Positions 12,691-25,124 of a stretch of DNA of 64,000 nucleotides are shown here, piece by piece. Where the stretch lies: positions 65,596,001 to 65,660,000 of the forward strand of contig NC_135893.1 in the NCBI RefSeq assembly GCF_964194155.1. The letters are read 5' to 3'. The notes below the pieces were generated by a model that saw only the letters and a program-made list of their open reading frames with translations, did not search any database and was not told the DNA's origin. Both the position numbers and the translations under genes were made by a program. The stretch's first letter is position 1. Every line of letters begins with the position of its first letter. This stretch comes from Cetorhinus maximus (taxonomy: Eukaryota).

Positions 12691-13190
12691 CTCCCACCTC
12701 TCCAAAATATATATGACTTGAACATGGGGGAAAAAAGACTAACTACACTGACACCGGCACCAGATTCAGAGCAGGCATGATTTTAAGGGAATCCTGTGGG
12801 TATTGCTCATTTTGCTTCTAAAATTGAGAACATGCAGGGAGGTGTTTCACAGCAGCCCAACAAAAGGGAATAAAAGAGAAAATTAGCCAAAAAGGTGAAG
12901 GGGCAATTATATGATGCAATCAAATCAGTAGGGTAAACAAGTCAGTGTTACAGTTAACATAGTAGGCTGTTTTGTGGAAAGGTGGAGTACTTACCTTCTG
13001 GGGTCTGGCCAACTTGTAAGAGTTGTACTGGAGTAGTTTAGGCAGCACTGATCACAATAGCTCATCCAGCTATAAGTTACCTACTCAGGCAATTCTGAAA
13101 CTGCAGTGGTATATGACACCTGCTTTAAAGGAGGAATTAGTCACAAAATGGGTCAACCATTTTCTCATGGTTGAGCATCTTTGTCATGAC

Positions 13191-16100
13191 TTTTTTTTAA
13201 AATTCTTTCACAGGACGAGGCCAGCATTTTTATTTCCCACCCCTAATTGCCCTTAAGAAGGTGGTGGTGAGCTGCCTTCTTGAACCACTGCAATTAATAT
13301 GGTGTATGTAGGTGCACCCACAGTGGTGTTTGGAAGGGAGTTACAGGATTTTGATCCAACAACAGTGAAGGAACGGCAAATTAGTTCTGTGAGGATGGTG
13401 TGTGACTTGGAGGAGAACTTGCAGTTGGTAGTGTTCCCATTCATCTGCTGCTCTTGTCCTTCTAGGTGATAGAGGTCACGGGTTTGGAAGGTGCTGTTGA
13501 AGGAGCCTTAGTGAGTTGCTGCAGTGCATCTTGTAGATGGTACACACTGCTGCTACTATGCGTTGGTGGTGGAGGGAGTGGATGGTGAAGGTGATGGATG
13601 GGGTGCCAACCAAGCGGGCTGCTTAGTACTGAATGGTGTGGAACTTCTTGAGCGTTGTTGGAACTTACGCATCCAGGCAAGTGGAGAGCATTCCATAACA
13701 CTCCTGACTTGTGCTTTATAGATGGTGGACAGGCTTTGGAGAGTCAGGAGGTGAGTTACTCTCCACAGAACTCCCAGCTTCTGACCTGCTCTTGCAGCCA
13801 CAGTATTTATATATCTGGTTCAGTTCAGTTTCTGGTCAATGGTAACCCCCAGGATGTTGATAGTGGGGGATTCAGTGATGGTAATGCTATTGAATGTCAA
13901 GGGGTGATGGTTAGATTCTCTCTTGTTGGAGATAGTCAATGCCTGGCACTTGGGTAGCGCAAATGTTACTTGCCACTTATCAGCCCAAGCCTGAATGTTG
14001 TCCAGATCTTGCTGCATATGCACACGGACTGCTTGAGTACCTGAGGAGTGACGAATGGTGAACCTTGTGCAATCATCAGCAAACATCCCCACTTCTGACC
14101 GTATGATGGAGGGAAGGTCATTGATGAGGCAGATGAAGATGGTTGGGCCGAGGAGACAAGCCTGAGGAACTCCTGCAGTGATGACCTGGGACTGAAATGA
14201 TTGACCTCGAACAACCACAACCATATTCCTTTGTGCTAGGTATGACTCCAACCAGCAGAAAGTTTCCCCGATTCCCATTGACTCCGTTTTCCCTAGGACT
14301 TCTTGATGCCACACTTGGTCAAATGCGATCTTGATGTCAAGGGCAGTCACTCTCATCTCACCTCACCTCTGGAGTTCATTTCTTTTGTCCATGTTTGAAC
14401 CAATGCTGTAATGAGGTCAGAAGCTGAGACACCTTGACGGGACCCGAACTGTGCATCAGTAAGCAGATTATTGCTGAGTAAGTGCCGTTTGGTAACACAG
14501 TCGCTGACACCTTCCATTACTTTGCTGATAAGACTGATGGGGCGGATTGGCCGGATTGGATTTGTCTTGTTTTTTGTGGACAGAACATACCTGGGCAGTT
14601 TTCCACTTGCTGGGTAGATGCCAGTGTTGTAGCTATACTGGAACAACTTGGCTAAGGGCACAACGAGTTCTGGAGCACAAGTCTTCAGTACTATTGTTGA
14701 ATGCACAAAGCCTTTGCATTATCCAATGCCTTCAGCCATTTCTTGATATCATATAAAGTGAATCAAATTGGCTGAAGACTGGTATCTGTGATGCTCGAGA
14801 TCGCAGGAGGAGGCTGAGATGGATCATCCACTCGGCACTTCTGGCTGAAGATGGCAGCAAATGCTTCAGCCTTATCTTTTGCACCAATGTGCTGGGCTCC
14901 CCCATCATTGGGGATGGAGATATTTGTGGAGCCTCCTCCTCCAATGAGTTATTTAATTGTCCATCACCATTCACGACTGGATGTGACAGGACTGTAGAGC
15001 TTAGATCTGATCCGCTGGTTGTGGGATTGCTTAGCTCTGTCTATCGCATGCTGCTTTCACTGTTTGACATGCAAGTAGCCCTGCTTTGTAGCTTCACCGG
15101 GTTGACACCTCATCTGTAGGTATGCCTGGTGCTGCTCCTGGCATGCCCTCCTGCACTCTTCATTGAGCCAGGGCTGATCCCCCAGTTTGAAGTTAATGGC
15201 AGAGTTGGGGATTTGCTGGGCCATGAGGTTACAGATTATGGTTGTATACAATACAATGGCCCACAGCACCTCATAGATGCCCAGTTTTGAGTTGCTAGAT
15301 CTGTTCAAAATCCATCCCATTTCGCACAGTGGTCGTGCCATACAACACAATGAAGAGTATCCTCAATGTGAAGATGGGACTTCGTCTCCACAAGGACTGT
15401 GCAGTGATCACTGCTACCACTACAGTCATGGATAGATGCATCTGCGACAGGAAGATCGGTGAGGCCGAGGTTGAGTATGTTTTTCCCTCTTGTTGGTTCC
15501 CTCACCACCTGCCACAGACCCAGTCTAGCAGCTATGTCCTTTAGGACTTGGCTAGCTTGATCAGTAGTGGTGCTACTGAGCCACTCTTAGTGTTGGATAT
15601 GGAAGTCCCCCACCAGTCTACATTCTGTGCCCTAGCCACCCTCAGTGCTTCCTCCAAGTGGGGTACAACATGGAAGAGAATTGATTTATTAGCTGGTGGG
15701 GGGGTGGAGGGGTTACATGGCAATCAACAGAAGGTTTCCTTGCTGATATTTGATGGGCTTGAGACTTCATGAGGTCCAGAGTTGATGTTGGGAACTTCCA
15801 GGGCAACTCCCTGCCGACTGTATACCACTGAGGTGCCACCACTGGTGGGTCTGTCCTTTCGGAGGGACAGGACATACCCAGGGATGGCGATGGTGGTGTC
15901 TGGAACATTGTCTGTGAGGTATGATTTCATCAGTATGACCATGACTTGACTAATCCTCAAGACAGCTCTCCCAATTTTAACACACACCCCTAAATGTTAT
16001 TAAGGAGGACTTTGCAGGGTCAAGAGGGCTGGGTTTGCCATTGTCGTTTCCAGTTCCAGAGTGATCCATCTGTTTTGATTCCTTTTTGTAGACTTTGCAG

Positions 16101-16341
16101 CGGTTTGATACAACTGCGTGGTTTGCTGGGCCATTTCAGAGGGCAGGTTTCCTTCCCTAAAGGACATTGGTGAACCAGTTGAGCTTTTACAACAATCATG
16201 ATCACTATTACTGAGACTAGCTTTTTTTAATTCCAGATTTATTAACTGAATTTAAATTCTACCAGCTGCCATGTTCCCAGAGCATCTCAGCCTCTGGATT
16301 ACTAGTCTGGTGACATTACCACTAAGATACCAGCTCCCCCA
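13191..16341 (-). mobile_element. Near full-length decayed single-ORF non-LTR retrotransposon (APE endonuclease + RT, CR1/L2-group-like) with a tRNA-derived 5' head
   Basis: EN motifs: VILMKSYLTDNVPDTTIAIPGYVL..KDRPTSGG, VREPTRGKNILNL..SSDHCTV. RT motifs: LKTCAPELVVPLAKLFQYS, DAQFGSRQG, ALDIKIAFDQVWH, GVPQACLLGP, MFADD. A-rich tail at 13191. SINE-like head at 16155-16341. Many frameshifts. Confidence 0.9.
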
Positions 16342-17145
16342 TGGAAATAATATGAAGAAATTAGGTTACCATCTATGAATTGGTTAGTGACAATACTGTC
16401 TCACTTTGCTTTCAGGGCGAAGTTGAAAACCAAAGTAATATCCTACCCTGAACATAAACATCCCAGTTTACTCTGACACTTGTGTCAGTGATGCTTGTAT
16501 CCCCTTGTCAATCATATGTTCATGGCTCCCTCAAATTTTCCATTGGTACAGTATTGCTTCGAGCAGAACAGTATTAGTAGTAACTGCTATCAATTCACTT
16601 GAGCTTCTTTCTGAAGAAATGACTGCAGCGCACAAACAATTCTTGGGAGTTACTAGAATCATATCTGAGAAAATTTCACTGCTGCTTTTATAAGCATTCT
16701 CTTCTCCAACTCCGCCAGCAGGAGGGAGTACAACAGGGTGATTCAGTTACAAATCACTCCCTCCCAGTGCAGAAGCATCTGGCTTCCATTCAGAGCTCCC
16801 AAACAACATGGCAGAGATAGAAAATCCAAGAACATTCTTCGCTAATAGCCGAGACTTTACAACCACCTAGGGTCAATACAAGACATCCGCCCTTGTTGCG
16901 GTTATTGCCAGCTATCTCTGCCAAATATTATAAAAATGGGATGTTTGCTTAGACAATCCTGCAGGATAAATATGGATTTATAGTGCTCCTTATATAGGAT
17001 TTAACAGGGTCCATGAGATCAATTTCCAAATCCAACATCATTCTATTTGGATCACCATTGCTCTGTTATTTTAAAAAAAAAGAAACTTTATGTTTAAATG
17101 TTTTTTTTATCTTTGACTGGGCACCTGTCTTCATATCTCCTTAAA

Positions 17146-17205
17146 TAAAAGCAGAAACTGTTGGAAATACTTAGCAAATAAATTTCTGTGGAGAGAGAAA
17201 CACAA
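17146..17205 (-). mobile_element. Short Penelope terminal-repeat fragment
   Basis: aaaagcagaaactgttggaaatacttagc...tctgtggagagagaaaca, antisense to the repeat at 25060-25124 and 57805-57858. Confidence 0.5.
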
Positions 17206-17499
17206 ATCTCCTTATGTGGCTCATTGTCAAATTTTGTCTGATAACTCTCCTGTCAAGCACCTTGGGACACTTTACTATGTTAAAAGTGCTATATAAATCC
17301 AAGTTGTTATTATTGGTGGGTTATGATCAATTATCTATAATGCTGACACCCTTTCATTCCCCAAAATATGAACGAATGCAATACCATAACATCGCAAGTT
17401 AATAATGTGCCCTCTTGCCCCAACATCTGCTCCTTCTTGTCATTATTTAAGTCTTCTGTTGCTCTAAAATATTGATTGGCTGGGGGGTGGGGTGTGGAA

Positions 17500-17640
17500 T
17501 AATTAGTTCAGTTGACTAGATGATTAGCATGTGGTTCAGAATAACGCCAACAGCATGGGTTTGATCCCCAGTCTGGCTTTGGCAGACTTGGGACCTGCCT
17601 CCTCACCCTTCCCTGTAGTAAAATCAAGGCATAAGTTGTA
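17500..17640 (+). mobile_element. Possible old tRNA-derived SINE head
   Basis: A-box-like tagttcagttg and B-box-like gggtttgatcccc at tRNA-like spacing. Confidence 0.3.
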
Positions 17641-17849
17641 GTTTGGCAATCCTCGAACAATCAAGGATGGTACCTGGAGAAGGAGGAGAAGAATATAGAC
17701 ACCAGCCCACCATATTAAACTTTTCAAAAAGCACTTGACCCTAACGCTCTTCATCAGTGCCCATCGCAAACCCTATCAAGGATAAGTCTATAGAATCAAA
17801 CCATCACTGGGTTCTCCATCTTTAAAAAGTGCTGAAGGTGGAACTAGGG

Positions 17850-18025
17850 TGGAGTAGTTGAGGTGAATAGCATCAATGGAATTTATGGGGAAGCTCGATA
17901 AACGCATGAGGGAGAAAGGAATAGAAGAATTGCTGATAGGGTGAAGTGAAGTAAGGTGGGAGGATAAAACCAGCAGAAACCAGTTGGGCCAAATGGCCTG
18001 TTTCAGTGCTGAACATTCTTCATCA
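17850..18025 (+). mobile_element. CR1 3' UTR fragment
   Basis: gagtagttgaggtgaatagcat...gggaagctcgataaac.catgagggagaaaggaatagaag...ttgggccaaatggcctgtttc.gtgctg. Confidence 0.7.
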
Positions 18026-18559
18026 TTTGTAAAAGAAAATCGAAGTGCGAGTGTGTAAAATTTGATGCACAACAGGACTCAGTTGTTTTAGGAAAACAAA
18101 TCATCAAGTAATTTAGATCAGTGCAACTAGCTACATGCCATGCATTGATCTTTTTATTTACAAAACAATTTTTAAAAATATACATTTATGCACTACAGAT
18201 AATGTGAAGTAAGGTGCAGGTCATTATCATTACCGAGGAGTTCAGATGATGTAAATCAACATGACAACAGGTAATAAACATTATCTGTACTCCAAAAATA
18301 ATCACCGGTGTTAATTCATGTCATTTTCCTTATACAAAACAACTGTAGGCATCAATTATGAATTGCAGATTCCTTTCTAACGAGTGGCTATATAGAATGG
18401 TGCCAGTGATTGCCTATGAAGAGTAATTTATAAAATGGCAGATCGAATTTTGTGTGGATTTGTCAGTTTGAAACATGGGCTCCCTCAGTCTTACCATTCT
18501 CCAGCATGCAGGTTTTGAAAGCCTAAGCTTGCAACTGCTGTTACTTCTTGAGTTACCTC

Positions 18560-19665
18560 ATTTCCTTCTGTCAATTTTCAACCTCAAAAGTGTCTAAAAC
18601 TGCTTATATCTGAACTAACACCAAGGGCAGGATCTTCCGGTCGGCGAGCGGGGGGTGGGGGCCGCTCGCCGACACATAAAATGACGCAGGATGACGTCGG
18701 GCAGAACTCCCGACGTCACCCTGTGTCATTCCATTTTCAGGTCAGCAGGGGTGCAGCCAAACCAGCTGTGTGCCCGCCAACCTGTCAACAGCCTATTGAG
18801 GCCATTTAAAAAGTACTTAACATAATTAATGGACTTTAGGTTTGGCAGGCAGGCCTGGAGCCCTGGCAGGCTTAAGAAAAAGCATGAAACCTCATCCACG
18901 GGCGGGATGAGGTTTCATGAGGGTTTTTAAATATTTAATAAAGGTTTCACTAAAAGTGATGGACATGTCCCAACTCATGTGACAGTGTCACATGAGGGGA
19001 CGTCAGGGAAATTTTGTTTTCGTCTCTTTAACATTTTTAAATTAAAAGCCGATCTCCCTGAGGCAGCACTTAGCCTCAGGGAGATCTGTGCACTCTTCCA
19101 TGCACATGCGCAAAAGAGCGCACTCCCGGCTCAGGGAATTCCCCCCCCCCACCCCACCTGCCCGCACAGGGACTGCATAGCGCTTCCTGGCGGATGTCAC
19201 ACTGGGTGGGCCTTAATTGGCCTGCCCACGTAAAATGGCGGTGTGCCCCCGATCAGAGGCGCGCCTGCCCGCATCCGCTCCTGCACTTTCCCCCAATGGG
19301 GGGAAAATTTTTCCCCAAGTCCCGTTTACCCATTAACCCTGTGCTTACTGATCTACATTGGCATCCAGTGCAGCAATATCTCAATTTTGAAATTCTCATC
19401 CCTAATTGTTTCCAAATATCTCTGTGGCCTTATCCCAACCATTCTTTGTAAGGCCCTTAAGCCCCACAACTCTGAGATCTCTTCATTCCTCCAACTCTAG
19501 CCTTTTGTGCTTCCCAATTTTAATTACTCCACTGGTGGCAGCCATAAACTCTGGAATTCCCCACTGCCTCTCTATTACAATCTCCTTTTAGCTGTTCTTC
19601 TTTAGCCACCTGTCACCTGTCCTAATATCTCCTTCCATACTTTGGTGTCAAATTTTGTTTGATAA
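18560..19665 (+). mobile_element. L2-type LINE 3' fragment interrupted by a MITE
   Basis: ctaacaccaa|gtcccgtttacccattaaccctgtgcttactgatctacattggc rejoins across the MITE; homologous to 8130-8540. Confidence 0.7.
18625..19315 (-). mobile_element. Harbinger-type MITE, family A
   Basis: TIRs gggcaggatcttcc / ggaaaatttttccc with a CAA TSD; four internal hairpins. Confidence 0.9.
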
Positions 19666-19681
19666 CATATAAATAGGAACA

Positions 19682-19998
19682 GGGGAGCCGATGGCATAGT
19701 AGTATTGTCACTGACTAGTATTCCTGAGACCCAGGGTAATTCTCTGGGGACCCAGGTTCAAATCCCACCACAGCAGATTTAATAAAAATCTGGAATTAAA
19801 AGTTTGATGACGACAACCATGAAACCGTCTGGTTCACTAATGTCCTTTAAGGAAGGAAATCTGCCGTCCTTACCTCACCTGGTCTACATGTGACTCCAGA
19901 CTCACTCTTAAATGCCCTCTGAACAAGGACAATTAGGGATGAGCAATAAATGCTGGCCTAGCCAGCGATGCCCACATCCCACAACGAATAAAAAAAAA
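19682..19998 (+). mobile_element. tRNA-derived SINE composed of the 5' and 3' ends of the 13191-16341 LINE family
   Basis: A box tggcatagtag, B box ggttcaaatcc, body ctggttcactaatgtcctttaaggaaggaaatctgcc, tail aattagggatgagcaataaatgctggcc...aataaaaaaaaa; inserted into a CR1 tail. Confidence 0.85.
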
Positions 19999-20335
19999 GT
20001 ATGCCACTCAGCCCCACGAGCCTGCTCCGCCATTCAATAAGATCATATCTGATTGTAATCTCAAATCCACATTCCCGCCCGCCCCCGATAACCTTTCACC
20101 CCCTTGCTTATCAAGAATCTATCTACCACTGCCTTAAAAATATTTAAAAACTCTGCTACCACTGCCTTTTGAGGAAGAGAGTTCCAAAGACTCACGACCC
20201 TCCGAGAGAAAAAATTTCTCTTCATCTCTGACCCCTTATTTTGAAATAGTGATCTCTAGTTCTAGATTCTCCCACAAGGGAAAACATCCTTTCCACGCCC
20301 ACCCTGTTAAGACCCCTTGGGATCTTATACGTTTG
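19999..20335 (-). mobile_element. CR1 3' end
   Basis: gcctgctccgccattcaataagatcat...gagggaagagagttccaaagactcacgaccctc.gagagaaaaaatttctc. Confidence 0.8.
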
Positions 20336-20674
20336 GCTCCTGCGAAGTTCCTTGGGATGTTTTACTACACTAGTACAAGTTGTTGTTGCTGCTGCTTTCC
20401 TACATCCTGAACTTAATTAATATTCACTTATATCCCTCAGTTACAAGAAAATTCTTATAGTTTATCTGAATAAGTAACTTGAGGATGATATGAGGTCTGG
20501 TGTTTCTAATGCCTGTATTTATAATGAATTCCGTTCTGCTGCAACTTGGAAGGTAGTGTCAGGAAGACAAGCGGTCTGTAGTATGACACAAATATAACGT
20601 TGGGTGGAAATATTTGACCTGAAGGTTAACAGCCCCGAGATAACGTGATAGAGATTTTAAGGGACCAACAAATA

Positions 20675-21050
20675 GAACTTCAATTTATATAGTGCCTTTC
20701 ACAACCTCAGAATGTCTTTAAGCACTCTGCAGCCAATTAAGTCATTGTTGTAACGTAGAAAACATAAAGGCTAATTTATGCACAGCCAACGCTCTCAAAC
20801 AGCAATGAGATAAATGACCAGCTCGTCTGTTTTAGTGATGTTGGTTAAAGGAAAAATATTTGCCAGGACACCAGGGAGAACTCCGCTTTTCTTTTAAATA
20901 GTGCCATGTGACCTTTCATGGTCAACTGAGCAGGAAATGAGGCGTCGATTTACCATCTCAACCAAAAGATTGCATACGTCCGACAACAAAGCTCTCCCTC
21001 CATGCTGCATTTCGGGTGTTAGGCTGGATTTCATGCTCAAATCTCTGCTT
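20675..21050 (-). mobile_element. Deu-domain SINE
   Basis: atttatatagtgcctttcacaacctcag...tgccaggacaccagggagaactcc...aatagtgccatg. Confidence 0.75.
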
Positions 21051-21770
21051 TTCAGTAATGAGTACAAATTAATAAACTGCAAAGTTTATAAAAGGGGCAT
21101 CATACCTATATCAGTATCAAACATATGCTCCTAAAGAGGGCAGCATTGTATACATTCACTGCTCTTATTCAATGAAGTTGTAAAAACAATTTCATTTGGT
21201 TATATAAAATGGCTCAGTTTCAGAAGATTGAAAGACTGAGCATGCAGCCTGGTTAGCAATGAGATATGAAGCTGTCCATTTAAATGAACAAAATTCAGAT
21301 AACCAATAGAATAACTTCAGTCTAACCCACATTTTGGTGCTGTCCCATGTGAGTGGGATAACTAGGCGCAGTGTTTTTTTTCAAATCAATGTTCCAGTTT
21401 TCATTTGAAATCTTCCCCAAACTCTAAACTATTCTGTGCAGCGTTATTCAGAATCCAGCTTCAAAGCCAAAAAGCACATTTGTCTTATACTTAAGAAAGG
21501 AGAATAAGTTGAAGTTCTCCACTATAACTGTCAATTTACTATAAACACTGGACAAAAGTTATCAATTCCCTTATGCCTGATTATATACAACTTCACACAT
21601 ATCTTAATGGCAATTCTTGTATAAGTGTGCCTTGAAGCAGATAATACATATACCCATCATCACTGAGGCTTCCTGTGAGAAAGATGCAGTGTGTTAAATG
21701 GTTGAGCCAGTATTTCTTTTTCAGTTGTGGCAGCCACATATTATTGGCATGCATCCTTAGTAACAGTATA

Positions 21771-22061
21771 TGTTATGTTTTGACTATGAGTCGCTTTGCT
21801 CGTGAACCAGTTGCACGCTTATTGTCGGCAGGCGAGTCGATTACAATATACGGCAGACGCAGAGACCGATATGAAATGAAGCACATGCTATTTATTTACA
21901 CAAACAACAGAGCATTAAAATGATGTGTGCTTCTCCAGCCAGACCTTACTCTAGACTAACATTAACATGGTAGCCTGCGCTACGCAGCTCTTGGGTCTTA
22001 CAGTCACGTGGTCAATCTACTCACAGTCTCTTAAAGGTGTATTACGCCTCAGATTACCACA
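21771..22061 (-). repeat. Gypsy 3' LTR
   Basis: tgttatgttttgactatg...cagattaccaca; direct repeat of 25939-26197. Confidence 0.93.
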
Positions 22062-22074
22062 TCCCTTCCTCTTT
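22062..22074 (-). promoter_or_regulatory. Polypurine tract
   Basis: Minus-strand aaagaggaaggga immediately before the 3' LTR. Confidence 0.85.
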
Positions 22075-22299
22075 ACTTGAAAATACATTTTACAATATAT
22101 TATCTAGTTACAAAAATGAACTATTTAGAAATTTAGTTTCTCAGGAGGCTTTTTCAAATGTGTTGGCCATTGTAGTTCTATGACTTCAGATGGTTTATCT
22201 GAGGCCTTCCTCTCAGGAGTTATCTGTCCACTAGGCTCCCCAGTAGGAAGCAGCAAGTTTGCCTGTTCAACTTTCAGACTCAACAGGTTCTGCAGGTAC

Positions 22300-24830
22300 T
22301 TCCAAAGCAAGAGGAGTTCCTTCTACATGTGGTGTAACTCCAAAGGGAATGCTTGGTGCACCTTTTCTTGTGGATTTGTTTCCCATTTCCTGAGGTGATC
22401 TATATGCCTCCTGGTTATTTGACCTTCAACTGATATATGGTAGGACAGGGGTCCTGTCACTGCACTGTCTTCACCTGATAGCCATTTGGACCAATCTCCA
22501 AAGTTCTTCACGAAAACAGCTTCCCCTACAGTGAAGTTTCTTTCATGACTGTGGTAACCATATTCATTTTTCTGGGCCTCCTGACTTCTCTTTACCCCAC
22601 CCCCCCGACTAGATTTGGCCTTATGAGGCTTAACCATGTCCTGAGATGTCTCTTCTTTAATACCCCTGGTGTGTATCACAAAACTCTGACGCAATCTGTC
22701 TATGGTGGCAGCAGATGTGGGTGATCTCACCTTGTATACATCTATCCATTTGGAATGGGAGTTGATAAGTAAGAGGAACATTGTGCCTCACGTAGTCTTC
22801 CTGGCCATTCCCAAGGATGCAGCAGAGCAGGAGGAGGCAATTTCTGCACCTGTTGGCACTGCATGTTTGACCATGTTTTCGATTTCAGTGTCCATCCCTG
22901 GCCACCATAAGTAGCTGCGCGCCAATATTTTCATTCTGGAAATGCCGGGGTGAGGGCTACGCAATTCTATCAATAATGGTTGTCTTCCTCTGGGAGGAAC
23001 AATGACTCTCGTTCCCCACAGTAAGATGCCATCCTGGCAGATGAGCTCATTTCTCCTGTTAAAATATGGCTTCATTTTGTCCAACTTTGGCTCCTTAGAC
23101 CATCCCTGCAAGACTTGGACCCTAACATGAGACAAAACTGGATTGCGGTTGTTACATTCTCTGATCTGTTTGCATTCACTGTTGATGAATCCAAAAAATT
23201 TAATAACAAGGCATGTTCTTGAGGGATGGGGACATTCACAATGCGGTCCTTCAGGGGTAGTTGGCTCAGCACGTCAGCATTGACAATCTGGCTTACCAGC
23301 AGGTGGATAAAAGTATATTCGTAAGCAACTAAAATCAGCGCCCACCTTTGGATGCATGCTGAGGCGTTTGGGGGTTTGCCTTATCTTCCCCAAACAAGCC
23401 TAGTATTGGCTTGTGGTCAGATACTATGGTGAAGTGGCAACCATGGATGTGTTGGTGGAGTTGCTTAATGCCAAATACGATAGATAAGCCTTTTTTTACT
23501 TGTGAGTATTTTCATTCTGTCTCACTGATTGTTCTTGAAACGTAGCCAATGGGCCGTTCAGAACCATCTGACATCCAGCTGAGTGCTGCCCCTACTCCGT
23601 AAGGGGATGCATCACAGGTTAAAATCAATTCTTTCTTTGGATCAAAATGTACCAACAGGGCCGATGAGCGTAGTAACTACTTCACTGCCATAAAAGCCTG
23701 TTGTTGTGGGGCTTGCCAAGTCCACCTGTGGTTTTTCTTGAGTAACCCGTGTAATGGAGCCAATATTGTTGACAAATTTGGGAGAAAACAACCATAGTAG
23801 TTAACCATTCCCAAGAAGGACTTGAGTTCTGTGGAATTTTTTGGGGCTGGCACCTCACAAATAGCTCTCACCTTGTCTTCTACTGGGTGAAGGCCCTGCG
23901 AGTCGACCCTATCACCAGGTAAATCACTTCTTTTGCTTGGAAGATACATTTTTCCTTTTTCAAGCATATTCTGGCTTGTGAGAAATGCTTCAATACCTCT
24001 TCCAAGTTAGCCAGGTGTTCTTCATCAGTTAGTCCTGTTACTAGGACATCGTCGAGGTAAACCACTACATGGGGTAGACCTTGGAGCAAATTTTCCAAAG
24101 TCCATTGGAAAATGGCACAAGCCGATGAGACTCTGAAGGGTAGCCTGGTAAACTGGTATAACCCCATATGTGTGCTGACAGTCACAAAATCCCAAGAGGC
24201 CTTTTCTAGCTGAACTTGCTGGTAAGTGTGGCTCATGTCGAGTTTCGTATATGTGGTTCCCCCTGTCAGCTGGTGTACAATTCATCAATTTTTGGTATAG
24301 GGCGCCAATCAAGTCTGGCTACCTTAACGGTCAATTTGTAGTCCCTGCATATTCGCACACTCTGGTCAGGCTTTAGAACTGGATCCACATGGATTTTAGC
24401 TTACAACTCCTGAGTCTTCCCGAGCTCTTCCCTGAATACAGGGGCATATTTCCGTAATAATTCTTGTAGGGTTTTCATTCTGAGTTGAAAAATCTCAGTC
24501 CACTCCAACTTTATTTTCTTAAGCCAGTTCCGACCAAGTAGAGTTGGACCGTCCCCTGCTACCACTATCAGGGGTGGTTAGTAGACTGGCCTCCGTATTA
24601 TACTGGAACCTTGCATATACCTTTCACTTGTATATTTTCACCAGTACATGTCTTTAGTCTGGCAACTGAGTTTTCTAGCTTTAGTGAGTGGCCTCCTCTG
24701 TTCAGATACTTAAACGTGTGTTCTCCTATAACTGTCTATATGGGCCTGTATCCACCTCCATTTGAAGGGGTTTTCTGTTGACTTCTTACTGTCACGTAGA
24801 TTGGCTGTTTTACCCATTTTTAAATTGTGC
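22300..24830 (-). pseudogene. Gypsy pol (protease, RT, RNase H, integrase), frameshifted with deletions
   Basis: RT: GLYQFTRLPFRVSSACAIFQ, VVVYLDDVLVTG, ELKSFLGMVNYY. RNase H: LTCDASPYGVGA. Integrase: HPGISRMKILARSYLWWPGMD, FLLLINSHSKWIDV, and a GP-SY-like motif (VTGPLSY). Confidence 0.9.
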
Positions 24831-25024
24831 AGGGAGTAAATATCTGACTGTTTCTTCTGGCTCTTCCATGATATAAATTTCACGACTTCTGCCTTTTTGT
24901 TTGAACTTTGGCCTCAATCTTTCTTTAGAATATCGCATGATATGCCCATTGCGATGACAGTAGGAGCACTCAGTTCTTTTAAATTGTTGTTCGTTTGTAG
25001 GCTGTCTGGTTCCAATCCTGCTAT

Positions 25025-25061
25025 GTTCTGCTGAAGGGTCATGAGGACTCGAAACGTCAAC
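25025..25061 (+). ncRNA. Minimal type I hammerhead ribozyme motif (core variant CUGCUGA)
   Basis: gtt-CTGCTGA-a-gggtc/gactc-GAAA-cg-TC-aac: stem I gtt/aac, palindromic ACGT stem III, GUC cleavage triplet. Confidence 0.6.
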
Positions 25062-25124
25062 TCTTTTCTTCTCCGCCGATGCTGCCAGACCTGCTGAGTT
25101 TTTCCAGGTAATTCTGTTTTTGCT
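25025..25124 (+). mobile_element. 100-bp Penelope-type terminal-repeat insertion carrying a minimal hammerhead motif, nested in gag
   Basis: Flanked by 7-bp direct repeat CTGCTAT (25018-25024 and 25125-25131); homologous to 57772-57858. Confidence 0.85.

Noticed and set aside
19682-19775. tRNA gene
   Set aside because: The A/B boxes belong to a SINE head; no complete cloverleaf, and it continues into the SINE body
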